Below, piece by piece: positions 19,726 through 28,416 of a stretch of DNA of 64,000 nucleotides (position 1 is its first letter; each line of letters starts with the position of its first letter). The notes beneath the pieces are model-generated. The model did no database searches. It was not told where the DNA came from and saw only the letters and a program-made list of their open reading frames with translations. The stretch comes from a virus (taxonomy: Duplodnaviria > Caudoviricetes): the IMG/VR virus record IMGVR_UViG_2700988850_000001, positions 11,773 to 75,772 of that record, one strand, 5' to 3'. The position numbers and the translations under genes were made by a program.

Positions 19726-20516
19726 CGAAGAACTTTGGTAACTTCAACACAGCCGAAGAGCTGGTCCGTGCAATGCGGCAGATTGCGCAAGACGAAATCA
19801 GCAAGGCTCGTCCTGCACTTCGTAGCGCGGAGGTAATCTCGTTCGTGGAGAACGAGAAGGCTGTCATGGTCAGGTTCGTGGGTGAGCCGGAGGCGGTGAA
19901 GGTCCCGTACAACAGTGTGGCACCGAGCTACGCTGGGCAGTACGTGCGAGTCGGGGGAACGCAGGGCGACCGTGCGGTGCAAGAAGTCATGGGAGACAGC
20001 GACGACCTCGCTCGCATCAAGACTCTCGAGGATACTTCGAAGGCGCGTGACCCTGACTTCCTGTACCACACCATCGTTGCAGACTGGACCCCGGCAAGAG
20101 CCGCCACTGTTCGCGTGCCTTTCGTCGGGTTCGTTGAGACCTCGAAGTTTGTGGACAATCCAATCAGCATTGATCCGTCTGGTCTTGTGACCTTCAATGA
20201 GGATGGGTACTACAAGATTCATTCCAAGATGGGATTCAATACCGGATCGTCCGGCGCTGAATATGTGCATGGATGGTTGCAAAAGATTACGCCTGGTGGC
20301 TCTTGGGATATTGACCAAGATACATACGATGCACGCGGCATGGACGGCGAGCGAGCGGAGGGTGGCATTCACCTGTTTGGCTTCTCGCACTTTCTAGCGG
20401 GAGAGCAGTTGTCTGTAAACATCTACACTTCTGCTGGTCGTACACTTTTCAAAACCAAGACCAACCTTTATGTCGAAATGAAGAAGCGAGGACCACGGTC
20501 AGTCGCTCCGTCGTAG
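19722..20516 (+). CDS. Minor tail protein (OB-like N-terminus, beta-sandwich C-terminus)
   Basis: 264 aa, last gene of the tail module, overlapping start. Confidence 0.6.
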   Translation: MTKNFGNFNTAEELVRAMRQIAQDEISKARPALRSAEVISFVENEKAVMVRFVGEPEAVKVPYNSVAPSYAGQYVRVGGTQGDRAVQEVMGDSDDLARIKTLEDTSKARDPDFLYHTIVADWTPARAATVRVPFVGFVETSKFVDNPISIDPSGLVTFNEDGYYKIHSKMGFNTGSSGAEYVHGWLQKITPGGSWDIDQDTYDARGMDGERAEGGIHLFGFSHFLAGEQLSVNIYTSAGRTLFKTKTNLYVEMKKRGPRSVAPS

Positions 20517-20526
20517 GCTGTTATGT

Positions 20527-20556
20527 TTGACACGTGCGTAATGGTCGGTCTATTCT
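20527..20556 (+). promoter_or_regulatory. Sigma70/SigA-type promoter for lysis cassette
   Basis: TTGACA-18 bp-TATTCT in the intergenic gap. Confidence 0.55.
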
Positions 20557-20592
20557 CAGGTGTTCGTAAGGTTCTCTGACCAAGGAGGAATT

Positions 20593-20853
20593 GTGCAGGA
20601 AGAAGAAACGTTAGGCTGGAACGATCGGGTTCCTGAGCCTGCACTTGTCCGTGGCGCACTCGTAGCAGTTTCGGCAGTTGTTGCGGTTGTCGTCGGCCAT
20701 GAAGTCGATGTTGCGTGGGTAGACTACGTGACGAATATCTACGCGGCATTGTCTGCACTTGTTGCTGGCATTGTCATTCGACGCAAGGTCACCCCCGTTG
20801 AGGTGTCGAATGCGAACGTGCAGGCGGCACTTTACTCTGACCCCCCGAGGTAG
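20593..20853 (+). CDS. Two-TM membrane protein, putative holin
   Basis: AGGAGG RBS before GTG 20593; EPALVRG...IRRKVTP with two hydrophobic segments; directly before endolysin. Confidence 0.6.
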   Translation: MQEEETLGWNDRVPEPALVRGALVAVSAVVAVVVGHEVDVAWVDYVTNIYAALSALVAGIVIRRKVTPVEVSNANVQAALYSDPPR

Positions 20854-20855
20854 CA

Positions 20856-21845
20856 ATGGCGTACATTGAAATCCTCTCCCCCAATAAGCACTACAAGGGG
20901 TTCAAGAAGAACATCATCGTTCTTCACACGAACGAGCCTGGCCCCTACGCGCCTGGCAAGTTTCCTGGTACTGCCGAGTCTCTTGGCCTGTACCTTAAGG
21001 ACCCTTCTCGTCAGGCAAGCTACCAGCTTATCGTGGACCGCAACGGCGACGTGTGCCGAAGTGTGCGGGACACCGATTGCGCATGGGCGGCGGGGCCGAT
21101 TGCCAACAACGAAGGCCTTCACATTTGCGTGAACGGCTGGGCAGCTCAGACCCGCGCAGAGTGGTTGCAGTACGATAAGCAGCTCAACCAGACGGCGGTT
21201 GAGATTGCACGCTGGTGCAAGCAGGAAGGCATTCCCGCAAAGAAGCTTACCCCCGCAATGTTCAAGGATGCGGAGTGGGGCATCGGCGGACACGGCGACG
21301 TTGCGCTTGCGTGGCGAGAGACAGATCACACTGACCCAGGAGCAAACTACCCGTATGATGTGCTGATTCAGAAGGTGCTTGCCATTCTGAATCCCGCACC
21401 GCCTGCGGGCAATGCCGGAAACGGAGCAGCAAAGATGAGCGATGAGATGATCCAGTTCATGGGTCCGAGTGGTGACGGCTGGATTGAGCTTGCACCACAG
21501 AAGGACCCCCAGGGCAAGTCGTTCTCGATCTTCAAGTTCCTTCAGGGCAAGGAACCGAACGTCAAGAAGCAGACGGTTGTCGAGGCAATCGCTACGCTTA
21601 TCTTTGAGGCTACGCTTCGCATCCGCCCGTACCGGGGCAAGGATGCAGACCGCGTACCTGAGACCGTCCTTGGTCACGCGGCAACGGCAGCCGGTACCGG
21701 CCTTGACAACCGCGAACTGCTGTTGCAAGTGCTGCTGAATCAGCAGGCCATTGCTGAGAAGGTCGGCGTTGCCCTTCCGGACATAACTCTACAGGGTCAG
21801 CCGGTCCCCGGAGAGCTTCTTGGAGAGCCTGCACGTAAGGAGTAG
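20856..21845 (+). CDS. lysA: Endolysin (lysin A), N-acetylmuramoyl-L-alanine amidase
   Basis: IVLHTNE, ASYQ, AWAAG, GGHGDV and HTDPG Amidase_2 zinc motifs. Confidence 0.88.
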   Translation: MAYIEILSPNKHYKGFKKNIIVLHTNEPGPYAPGKFPGTAESLGLYLKDPSRQASYQLIVDRNGDVCRSVRDTDCAWAAGPIANNEGLHICVNGWAAQTRAEWLQYDKQLNQTAVEIARWCKQEGIPAKKLTPAMFKDAEWGIGGHGDVALAWRETDHTDPGANYPYDVLIQKVLAILNPAPPAGNAGNGAAKMSDEMIQFMGPSGDGWIELAPQKDPQGKSFSIFKFLQGKEPNVKKQTVVEAIATLIFEATLRIRPYRGKDADRVPETVLGHAATAAGTGLDNRELLLQVLLNQQAIAEKVGVALPDITLQGQPVPGELLGEPARKE

Positions 21846-22129
21846 TGATGCCGGACCAGGAGTTCTTCGGAATTTCTCTTGGCATTCTTACTCCGAGTGC
21901 GCTCTGTGGCCTGTTCGTTCTGTTTATCCTGACCGGAAAACTCGTGCCTAAGTCCACAGTGGACTCACGAATCCAGGATAAGGATGATGTTATCGCCGAG
22001 CTACGAACTACAAGTACAACTCGGGAGAAGCATGTCAACACTCTACTTGAGCAGAACAGCCTTCTTCTTCGAGGAGCTGAAACAACTCTGCACGTCGTTG
22101 AATCCCTCCCTCGCGTGGATGGGGGATGA
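21845..22129 (+). CDS. Membrane protein of lysis cassette
   Basis: N-terminal TM segment, GKLVP motif and coiled coil. Confidence 0.6.
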   Translation: MMPDQEFFGISLGILTPSALCGLFVLFILTGKLVPKSTVDSRIQDKDDVIAELRTTSTTREKHVNTLLEQNSLLLRGAETTLHVVESLPRVDGG

Positions 22130-22130
22130 G

Positions 22131-22361
22131 ATGGAGTGGCCTTGGAGCAGGAAGAGGAACAGAGAACGGGAGCCGAGCAGGGAAGTTCTTGAGGCGCGGG
22201 CTGAGCGTAAGCAAGCTCAGTCCGCCCTCGAGGCCACGGCTGCAAACACTTCTTCGATCATCAACATCACGGAGAAGTTGGAATCGTCCAGACGGCGGAA
22301 CCATTACGGAGAAGCTATTGAGCTGGCGTGGATCAGGAAGAATGGGCATGCCACACCGTAA
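22131..22361 (+). CDS. Small lysis-cassette protein
   Basis: MEWPWSRK...RRRNHYGEAIE, a pattern commonly seen after actinophage holins. Confidence 0.55.
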   Translation: MEWPWSRKRNREREPSREVLEARAERKQAQSALEATAANTSSIINITEKLESSRRRNHYGEAIELAWIRKNGHATP

Positions 22362-22749
22362 GAAGGCGAAGGCTGTTAAGGTCGTTGCTGTACTCGGCGG
22401 CGTGGCCGTCGTGCTCACAGGCAACTCGCAACTCGTTGGCAACATCTTCATCACAGCGATAGCGGTTCTGTCGTGGACCTTCTGTCTGATCTACGTGACC
22501 CAGTTCGATTGGCGACACACCTTCGCTGGAAGATCAATCCTGTATGACCAGCTAGTGCTTGCCGCGCTTTCGACACATGTGGCAGCATCCAACTGGGTTG
22601 ACTACCCGTTCAGGGATCAGATAAGACCAGTGCTGTATCTTGTCTCGATGCTGGCGGTGCTCAACCTCCTCGTCACCTTCCTTATCTACGAGTATGGCTG
22701 GGGATCGCGTGAGAAGGAAGAAGAACAAGAGGCAGCTCGACAGAAGTAA
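22348..22749 (+). CDS. Multi-TM membrane protein (putative holin)
   Basis: About four hydrophobic segments; last rightward gene. Confidence 0.6.
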   Translation: MPHRKKAKAVKVVAVLGGVAVVLTGNSQLVGNIFITAIAVLSWTFCLIYVTQFDWRHTFAGRSILYDQLVLAALSTHVAASNWVDYPFRDQIRPVLYLVSMLAVLNLLVTFLIYEYGWGSREKEEEQEAARQK

Positions 22750-22791
22750 GAAAACCCCCGGTACCTAATGAAAGGTACCGGGGGTTTTCTT
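22748..22791. terminator. Bidirectional terminator between convergent arms
   Basis: aagaaaacccccggtacct-aatgaa-aggtaccgggggttttctt, with A/T tails on both sides. Confidence 0.85.
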
Positions 22792-22794
22792 ATG

Positions 22795-23037
22795 TCACAT
22801 GTTGCGCAGTTGCTCTTCCATGAGGAACACTGTCAGGTTCTCAGTTGAATGGCGCGTGTTCTTACTTATCGCGAACATGCTGTGAACCATTGCGACCGTG
22901 CCCTCAGGGTTAGCCTGGCAGAGTGGAGTGTGCAACGCTTGCCGCATGGCCTCTACTGATGCCGTGAAATTGGCAAGTGCGTCGTCGAGCTTTTCCTCAA
23001 GGAACTCGAGCGGTTGCTTGTCGGGATCGGCAGCCAT
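22795..23037 (-). CDS. Hypothetical protein
   Basis: 80-aa ORF tightly packed in the leftward operon. Confidence 0.55.
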   Translation of the reverse strand: MAADPDKQPLEFLEEKLDDALANFTASVEAMRQALHTPLCQANPEGTVAMVHSMFAISKNTRHSTENLTVFLMEEQLRNM

Positions 23038-23038
23038 G

Positions 23039-23224
23039 TCAGAACCTCGAAGTGGTGTGTTGAGTCGCCGGGGAGATGGACTCTTCCAGCTGGTTCAGAT
23101 TAACAGTCAGACGCTTCAACCCTTTCGCAAGGGTTACCACCTTGTCGGGACCAATGTTAGCGATGATCCACTCGCCGCTACTGGAACCCTTGACCTTGAC
23201 TCGATCGCCAGTTTCGAAGCCCAT
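23039..23224 (-). CDS. Small SH3/KOW-like hypothetical protein
   Basis: F..GDRVKVKG start, 61 aa, AAGGGG RBS. Confidence 0.5.
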   Translation of the reverse strand: MGFETGDRVKVKGSSSGEWIIANIGPDKVVTLAKGLKRLTVNLNQLEESISPATQHTTSRF

Positions 23225-23228
23225 GACA

Positions 23229-24440
23229 TTACCCCTTCAGTGAGACACTTGGATTCGGGTCGCTGTACGTCATGCTGAACACTTCCTTGAGCTGGGCACT
23301 CTTCTCGTCGCCAAGCTCATTGGACTTGATCAGTGCATCTACCGACGACACGTTGACCTTTGCAATCGTCTGCATCACCTCAGGTCCGACGATAAGACCT
23401 ACCTGCCTGGTGTCAACCTGACGAGATGCCTTGCTCTTGTACTCGACCGTGAAGTTGTCAGTCTCCCAGCGGTCGATATCCATTTCCTGAGCGCGTCGGT
23501 CGATGATCTTCTTGATCTCACCAGCCGCATACTTGTTTGCCTTCTCGGCAGCATTGGCTTCGTAGAGCGCACGCAGCAGATCATCGTCGGTTTGATGCGA
23601 CCAGGTGCCACCATTCTCTGCGTTCTTCTTCAGAGTCTTGCAGGTAGCCTTGAGCGGGCAGTACGTGCAACCGTCGTGGATAGTTTCTTCCACGTCCTTT
23701 TCATCCATGGCAAGGATGATGTTGGCCGTCTCCCGTATATCCTTCCAGCTCTCACGGCATTCCTCTACCGTGTACTTGACCTGGACCTCGCCGTACCGGA
23801 GCATGTCAGACATGACCCAGATTTCGTCAGCGTTCGAGTCCTTGAACTGGATGGACGCCGCCACCGCATACATCTTGAACTGAAGCTTTTCCTTCACGTC
23901 CGAGTTGCTGAGGTTCTTGCGGTAGCTCTTGTAATCGACAACGCGGATGATGTGCTTCCAGTTGTCGCCAGCCTGAGGAGTCGGGCTAACTTCGCCCGTG
24001 ACAACGTTCTCCCAGAACTCGTGGCAGCAGTCCCAAACGTAATTGTACTTCTTGAGACCGTCGTTCGTCTTGATCATAATGTGCGACTTGAGTTCGGTGG
24101 AGATGACCCGAACCCTGGCGAGATTGTCGCTACGCTTGAACCAGTTCTTCAGCATCGACACGCCGTCCTTGTAGCGTTCGTCGTGGCGATCTGAGAACTT
24201 GAACACCTCCTTGAATGCCTCGTGGAAGAACTCGAGGAGGAGCTTCTGGCTAGGCTCGTGCGTTTTCTTAATGTGCACAGCTTGCACGTACAGCTCGAGA
24301 GCCAGGTGGCAGGCGGTACCAGTGTCGGCAGGTCCGCCATTCTCTGAGCGAGGAACGCGCTTGATGTACTCAGCCCAGTACCTCTTGCTGCACCCAATGA
24401 AGGATTCAAACCTCGAGGCACTGATGGAATAGAGCTGCAA
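23229..24440 (-). CDS. RecB/Cas4-like PD-(D/E)XK exonuclease
   Basis: SASR..C.KRY, GT.CH, VVDYKS, QFKMYA and C..CP....C Fe-S-type motifs. Confidence 0.85.
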   Translation of the reverse strand: MQLYSISASRFESFIGCSKRYWAEYIKRVPRSENGGPADTGTACHLALELYVQAVHIKKTHEPSQKLLLEFFHEAFKEVFKFSDRHDERYKDGVSMLKNWFKRSDNLARVRVISTELKSHIMIKTNDGLKKYNYVWDCCHEFWENVVTGEVSPTPQAGDNWKHIIRVVDYKSYRKNLSNSDVKEKLQFKMYAVAASIQFKDSNADEIWVMSDMLRYGEVQVKYTVEECRESWKDIRETANIILAMDEKDVEETIHDGCTYCPLKATCKTLKKNAENGGTWSHQTDDDLLRALYEANAAEKANKYAAGEIKKIIDRRAQEMDIDRWETDNFTVEYKSKASRQVDTRQVGLIVGPEVMQTIAKVNVSSVDALIKSNELGDEKSAQLKEVFSMTYSDPNPSVSLKG

Positions 24441-24455
24441 CTTATCTCCTGTGGG

Positions 24456-24656
24456 TCATTGTTTCTTGTTTCGAGTTTGTAGTTTTCCACCCCAGATACC
24501 GAAGCGCTCGTCCATTCGAACCTGGTAGTCGCTGCACTCGTCTCGCACTGGACACGACATGCAAAGCTTCTGCGCCTCTAGCCTGCGCTTAGACTGGCCT
24601 CGCTCCGCGAAGAACGCATCTGGGTCTAACGTGCCACCGCAGCTAGCGTCTCGCAT
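24456..24656 (-). CDS. whiB: WhiB-family transcription factor domain (probably expressed as a frameshift fusion, see findings)
   Basis: (W)MRDASC...C..C.....C...GIWGG: four Cys plus G[IV]WGG. Confidence 0.85.
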   Translation of the reverse strand: MRDASCGGTLDPDAFFAERGQSKRRLEAQKLCMSCPVRDECSDYQVRMDERFGIWGGKLQTRNKKQ

Positions 24657-24673
24657 CCACGGTTCGTCTTGAG

Positions 24674-24976
24674 CTAGGAAGTCTGCGTAGAGGGTGCGCT
24701 CTCCTTGGGCTTCCCACTGGCCTTCACCGCAGGTGCAGTCTGAACCGGGTGAGGAAGGCTTCGGCTCTGGGTAACGGGGAGAACAGGGGATACTCCCTCG
24801 CTGCTTGACGATGAGTCCGCAGATTCCAGAGCAGACAAGTCTTTTGGGTTGGTCACCTCTTCCGGTGTGACTGCCTTCGGTCGGCAGTCCATGAAGTTCA
24901 CGCCCGGAAGGGGGATGCGTTCGTTGTCGTAGAAGTGGACCAGAGGTTGTGGCTGCGGGTCCATGGGGTCTGACAT
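24674..24976 (-). CDS. Hypothetical protein; 0-frame partner of the WhiB frameshift
   Basis: GAGG RBS and ATG 24976; contains in-phase C CCA AAA. Confidence 0.55.
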   Translation of the reverse strand: MSDPMDPQPQPLVHFYDNERIPLPGVNFMDCRPKAVTPEEVTNPKDLSALESADSSSSSEGVSPVLPVTQSRSLPHPVQTAPAVKASGKPKESAPSTQTS

Positions 24977-25037
24977 GCGGTTTCCTCTCTATGGATCAGG
25001 GGTCAAGCATTACGGTACCACGCGGTACGCTGAAAAC

Positions 25038-25748
25038 CTACGAGAACAATCCCACATCATCCTGCAATTTGCGGACTGCCTTCTTCCAGTTGTTCTCGTC
25101 AAGCTCCATTGCGATCGCATTTCTTCCGATCTCCTTGGCTGCCCTGACTAGCGAACCGCTTCCGCCGAATGGATCGACAACCAGGTCTCCCTCGGATGAT
25201 GAGTGCCGGAGGAGAATCTGTAGAAGTTCTACTGGTTTTTCGTGGGGATGGATCAGTGTGTTTGCCGGAAGCTGGCCCACACGGATAACGCCAGGGCGCC
25301 GTTTGTCAGTACGAATCCTCTTCCCTTTCTTGAGGAAGAGGATAACCTCGTATGAGGTGCCCCATGAGTTAGTATCCCCCATGCTCGCGCCATTCTTCTC
25401 CCAGATGAGCATGTTCTTGTACGTGAATCCATGACGACTAAGGTCATGCGCAACGCCGATCCAATGGTCAAGGACATGCCATGAGGTGAAGATGTATAGG
25501 TCGCAATCATCCGACGTTTTGGGTAGCAGAGAATCCATAACCTTGTTAAATACTTCGATTGCCACCTGTGGGTCTGAATCGTTAGCAATCTTCCGCGCAT
25601 ACTCCTTGCCCTTCTCGGTGACCGACTGATTGCTGATCGCGTCAATCCCGAAGGGCGGGTCGGTGATCACACAGTTCACCGACCCGCTCGGGAGAATGGC
25701 GCACAAGTCAACGGCATCGCCGAGCCAGATATCGTGCACCGTTTCCAC
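25038..25748 (-). CDS. DNA N6-adenine/N4-cytosine methyltransferase (beta class)
   Basis: TDPPF catalytic motif, HPHEKP, and DPFGGSGS SAM-binding motif in beta order. Confidence 0.9.
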   Translation of the reverse strand: METVHDIWLGDAVDLCAILPSGSVNCVITDPPFGIDAISNQSVTEKGKEYARKIANDSDPQVAIEVFNKVMDSLLPKTSDDCDLYIFTSWHVLDHWIGVAHDLSRHGFTYKNMLIWEKNGASMGDTNSWGTSYEVILFLKKGKRIRTDKRRPGVIRVGQLPANTLIHPHEKPVELLQILLRHSSSEGDLVVDPFGGSGSLVRAAKEIGRNAIAMELDENNWKKAVRKLQDDVGLFS

Positions 25749-25751
25749 GTT

Positions 25752-25907
25752 CTACCTCCACTTGAATGTGACGCAACCGGCAACCTTCTTTGCTCGCCGC
25801 ATTGCAATGATCGACTTGATCAGGCTGTCCCCGTAGTAGACGGAAACGTCCGTGTAGCCTTCATCCTCGAGAGGAAGCCAGGCCAGCACCTCATACTTCC
25901 ACCCCAC
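25752..25907 (-). CDS. Small hypothetical protein (51 aa)
   Basis: Hand translation MGWKYEVLAWLP...FKWR* fills the gap exactly; TAGTG coupling. Confidence 0.5.
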   Translation of the reverse strand: MGWKYEVLAWLPLEDEGYTDVSVYYGDSLIKSIIAMRRAKKVAGCVTFKWR

Positions 25908-26746
25908 TAGCTGAACACCGCCTTCTTGTAAATGTCATCCAGGATCATGTCGAACACGCGGCGTCCGTCGATCCTGAAGTCTGCGTACCGATTGTGGACC
26001 AGGCTGTCCGAGTAGTACTTGAGCTGGTTGATGGTGTTCCGCCACCGACTCAGGTAGCGCACCAGACCCTCGCCGCCCTGCGTAAGTTCCGGGTACATCT
26101 TGACGGCGTTGATCAGTCCGAGTTCATGGATCACGTCACGTGCAAAGGTGAGTGGATCACTCACGCTGAACATGTCCACGTAGTAGGGGAGACGCTTGAG
26201 CAAGGTGGTGTTGGGATCGGACGATCCGATGATATCACCTTGTGCGCAGATTTCCCAGACCCTTCCCTTCCAGTCTCCCCACCATCCGTCAGCGGGAGCG
26301 AAGCTGATACCCTCGCCGCCTGGGTCCGGGCCGACGATATGCCCTGGCTGGCGGTGCGGGTTGGCGATCAAGTAGATACCCTTGATCTTCAGCATGGTGT
26401 CGCGTGCCACCCGGTCACCATCGTTCGCCATGCGAATGAGATGCTTGATTGCCTTCGTGACGACCGTGCCACCCTGGCTGTAACCGGCAACGAAGATTGC
26501 CTGCCTGGTGAATCGGTTGTCGATCAGGATTTTGACAAGCTTGTTCACGCCGATCATGTAGGAAGAAGAGTAGGTGGGCTCACCAGACTTCAACCCGAAG
26601 GCTGCCGGGTACGGCAGCGAGAACTCTTGGAACTCGTTCGGCAGCTTGCTCGAGATGTTGGACAGCATCCCGACTACCTTGTCGCTAGGCGACCCGCTGG
26701 AAACTTCCCCGGTCCCCGAGACTGCGATGAACAGATTGTTTTTCAT
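25907..26746 (-). CDS. lysB: Lysin B-like cutinase / mycolylarabinogalactan esterase
   Basis: SGTG, GYSQGG nucleophile elbow, ANPHRQ, GDII and C-terminal H..Y. Confidence 0.8.
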   Translation of the reverse strand: MKNNLFIAVSGTGEVSSGSPSDKVVGMLSNISSKLPNEFQEFSLPYPAAFGLKSGEPTYSSSYMIGVNKLVKILIDNRFTRQAIFVAGYSQGGTVVTKAIKHLIRMANDGDRVARDTMLKIKGIYLIANPHRQPGHIVGPDPGGEGISFAPADGWWGDWKGRVWEICAQGDIIGSSDPNTTLLKRLPYYVDMFSVSDPLTFARDVIHELGLINAVKMYPELTQGGEGLVRYLSRWRNTINQLKYYSDSLVHNRYADFRIDGRRVFDMILDDIYKKAVFS

Positions 26747-26912
26747 TCTCTTCTTTCTTGTAGAGGAAGTCAACTGTGACTGCACGGTACCCGAGAGCCT
26801 TGCCTGTGTGCTGCGGCTTGTGCCCCCACTTGGACGGCGCGAATTGAAACACGAAGGTGAGAATCGCTAGGCACAGTGCCAGCAACACCAGGACAAGGCC
26901 CCCGTTACTCAT
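26685..26912 (-). CDS. Small membrane protein
   Basis: N-terminal TM segment; ATGA overlap with the upstream gene. Confidence 0.5.
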   Translation of the reverse strand: MSNGGLVLVLLALCLAILTFVFQFAPSKWGHKPQHTGKALGYRAVTVDFLYKKEENEKQSVHRSLGDRGSFQRVA

Positions 26913-27322
26913 GTCAAATCCTTCCCCTCAAGAATCTCTGCAATGCGAGGCCCCACCCAGCCTTCCGGCTTGCCAATCTTCGAGACCAGCGGCTCACCCT
27001 TCCAGACGATGGGGCCATGCTTGCCGTTGATCTTGTCGTCGTTGGAGCGAGCAACTTCGGCTGCGGCTGCCCTGGTCATTTCCAGGCCGAACTTGGCGAC
27101 AGCATTTCCATAGGCGACCACGATGATATCCAGGAGCGCATCGAGTTCTTCAACTTCGTCATCTTCGGCGACGGCATTCCAGTATTCCCTGATCTCTTCG
27201 CTCAGCATATCCAAGCGCTCGGCGTCAAGTTCTTCCGTGTACTCCTGCTCCGATTGTCCCGACACCACCATGAACTTCTCGGTAGCTTCGATCAGTCCGA
27301 TGGGGTTGTTCTGCTCAGTCAT
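26909..27322 (-). CDS. MazG-like / PRA-PH nucleotide pyrophosphohydrolase
   Basis: EE..E...E.LDAL.D..V...V..SN..K...KI.KPEGW..P pattern. Confidence 0.75.
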   Translation of the reverse strand: MTEQNNPIGLIEATEKFMVVSGQSEQEYTEELDAERLDMLSEEIREYWNAVAEDDEVEELDALLDIIVVAYGNAVAKFGLEMTRAAAAEVARSNDDKINGKHGPIVWKGEPLVSKIGKPEGWVGPRIAEILEGKDLT

Positions 27323-27519
27323 ACGAGTTCTTCCTCTTCCATTTCCTTGGCGTACTTGTCTGCCTGCATCTGGGCGATGCTACCGACGTGATCGGCAGCC
27401 ATGGTGATGAGCGTTGCTACTTCTGGATTACCGAGTGGGCTGTTCGCACTGATAGTCACCCGCACATCTACGCCGGTGAACTTATCCTCAGCCCTTACAG
27501 ATACGTTCATGGTCTCCAC
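27319..27519 (-). CDS. Hypothetical protein
   Basis: 66-aa coupled ORF. Confidence 0.5.
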   Translation of the reverse strand: METMNVSVRAEDKFTGVDVRVTISANSPLGNPEVATLITMAADHVGSIAQMQADKYAKEMEEEELV

Positions 27520-28064
27520 ACATTCGAGTTGGCCTTGCGTTCTCTACGTTCCTTCTCGCGTCGCTCCATGAGTTCCAGAGCTGCGATACCTTGGGCCGTC
27601 AGGCCGTAGGTTCCAAAGTGGGAAGGCTCGTTATCCTTGATGCCGTACTTCAGTTCGATCAAGACGAACGAAAGTGCATCCGGACCCTGGTCAATCATCA
27701 CGGACTCGACCCGGATCACGTCGCGATCGTCCTCAATGAGCACCCCCTGCAACGCGTCCTCCGTCCCCTTCTGTAGGTTGGTGGCATCCGCTCCGTTGCG
27801 AGTTGAAGTGCGAGAGTCGGTAGTGACTTTGTACCCGTAGACCTGTCGCGAGAACGAGAATCGCAGGGCGTAGTCGCCAGGAAGAACTCTCGCGCCGAGC
27901 AAGGTAAGCTCGTCCTTCACCGCGTTCTGGTAGACGACCAGGTTCTTATTGGGTCCGACTGAACCACTCAGCTTCTTGGTTCCGGGGACGCGTCGGATGG
28001 ATACGTCACCGATTGCCCAAGGCTCAGGGTTGAGGGGGAGTGCATACGCGACAATGTTAGACAC
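27507..28064 (-). CDS. RusA-like Holliday junction resolvase
   Basis: DATNLQKGTEDALQGVLIEDDRDV matches the RusA D..N..K...D.L......DD..V motif. Confidence 0.8.
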   Translation of the reverse strand: MSNIVAYALPLNPEPWAIGDVSIRRVPGTKKLSGSVGPNKNLVVYQNAVKDELTLLGARVLPGDYALRFSFSRQVYGYKVTTDSRTSTRNGADATNLQKGTEDALQGVLIEDDRDVIRVESVMIDQGPDALSFVLIELKYGIKDNEPSHFGTYGLTAQGIAALELMERREKERRERKANSNVWRP

Positions 28065-28416
28065 CGAGCACCGTCGCAAGCTTCGCAAGGTTCTGCTCGC
28101 CCCAGATTGTGGGGAGTAGCTGGTACTCTTCGCTCAGTGTGCACACCACCATCTTGAGCTTGTCTGCAACCCAGAGTTCCAGTCGCGCTCCACGGCTAGC
28201 CTCCCACCCTTCGAGAAGAATGATGCCGTCGCAATCGAGCATGGACTTGAGGTCACGCTTCAGGTACCACTCCCAGTCCTGAGAGAAGTCGTCAGTCAAC
28301 TCGTGAGGGCTGACAATCTCGTGATGCCTTGATCGCAGCTCCTCGGCCACCTCTTGGAATCGGGGGTAGTTATGCCCTTCGATCCCAGTCATGGGACCTG
28401 AGATGTAGTACTTCAT
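28057..28416 (-). CDS. DUF4406 / nucleoside deoxyribosyltransferase-like protein
   Basis: YISGPMTG...N...F..CD.I.LL.GWE.SRGA.LE. Confidence 0.8.
   Translation of the reverse strand: MKYYISGPMTGIEGHNYPRFQEVAEELRSRHHEIVSPHELTDDFSQDWEWYLKRDLKSMLDCDGIILLEGWEASRGARLELWVADKLKMVVCTLSEEYQLLPTIWGEQNLAKLATVLGV

Noticed and set aside
15434-20516. Diversity-generating retroelement acting on tail genes
   Set aside because: No reverse transcriptase and no template/variable repeat pair seen in the window.
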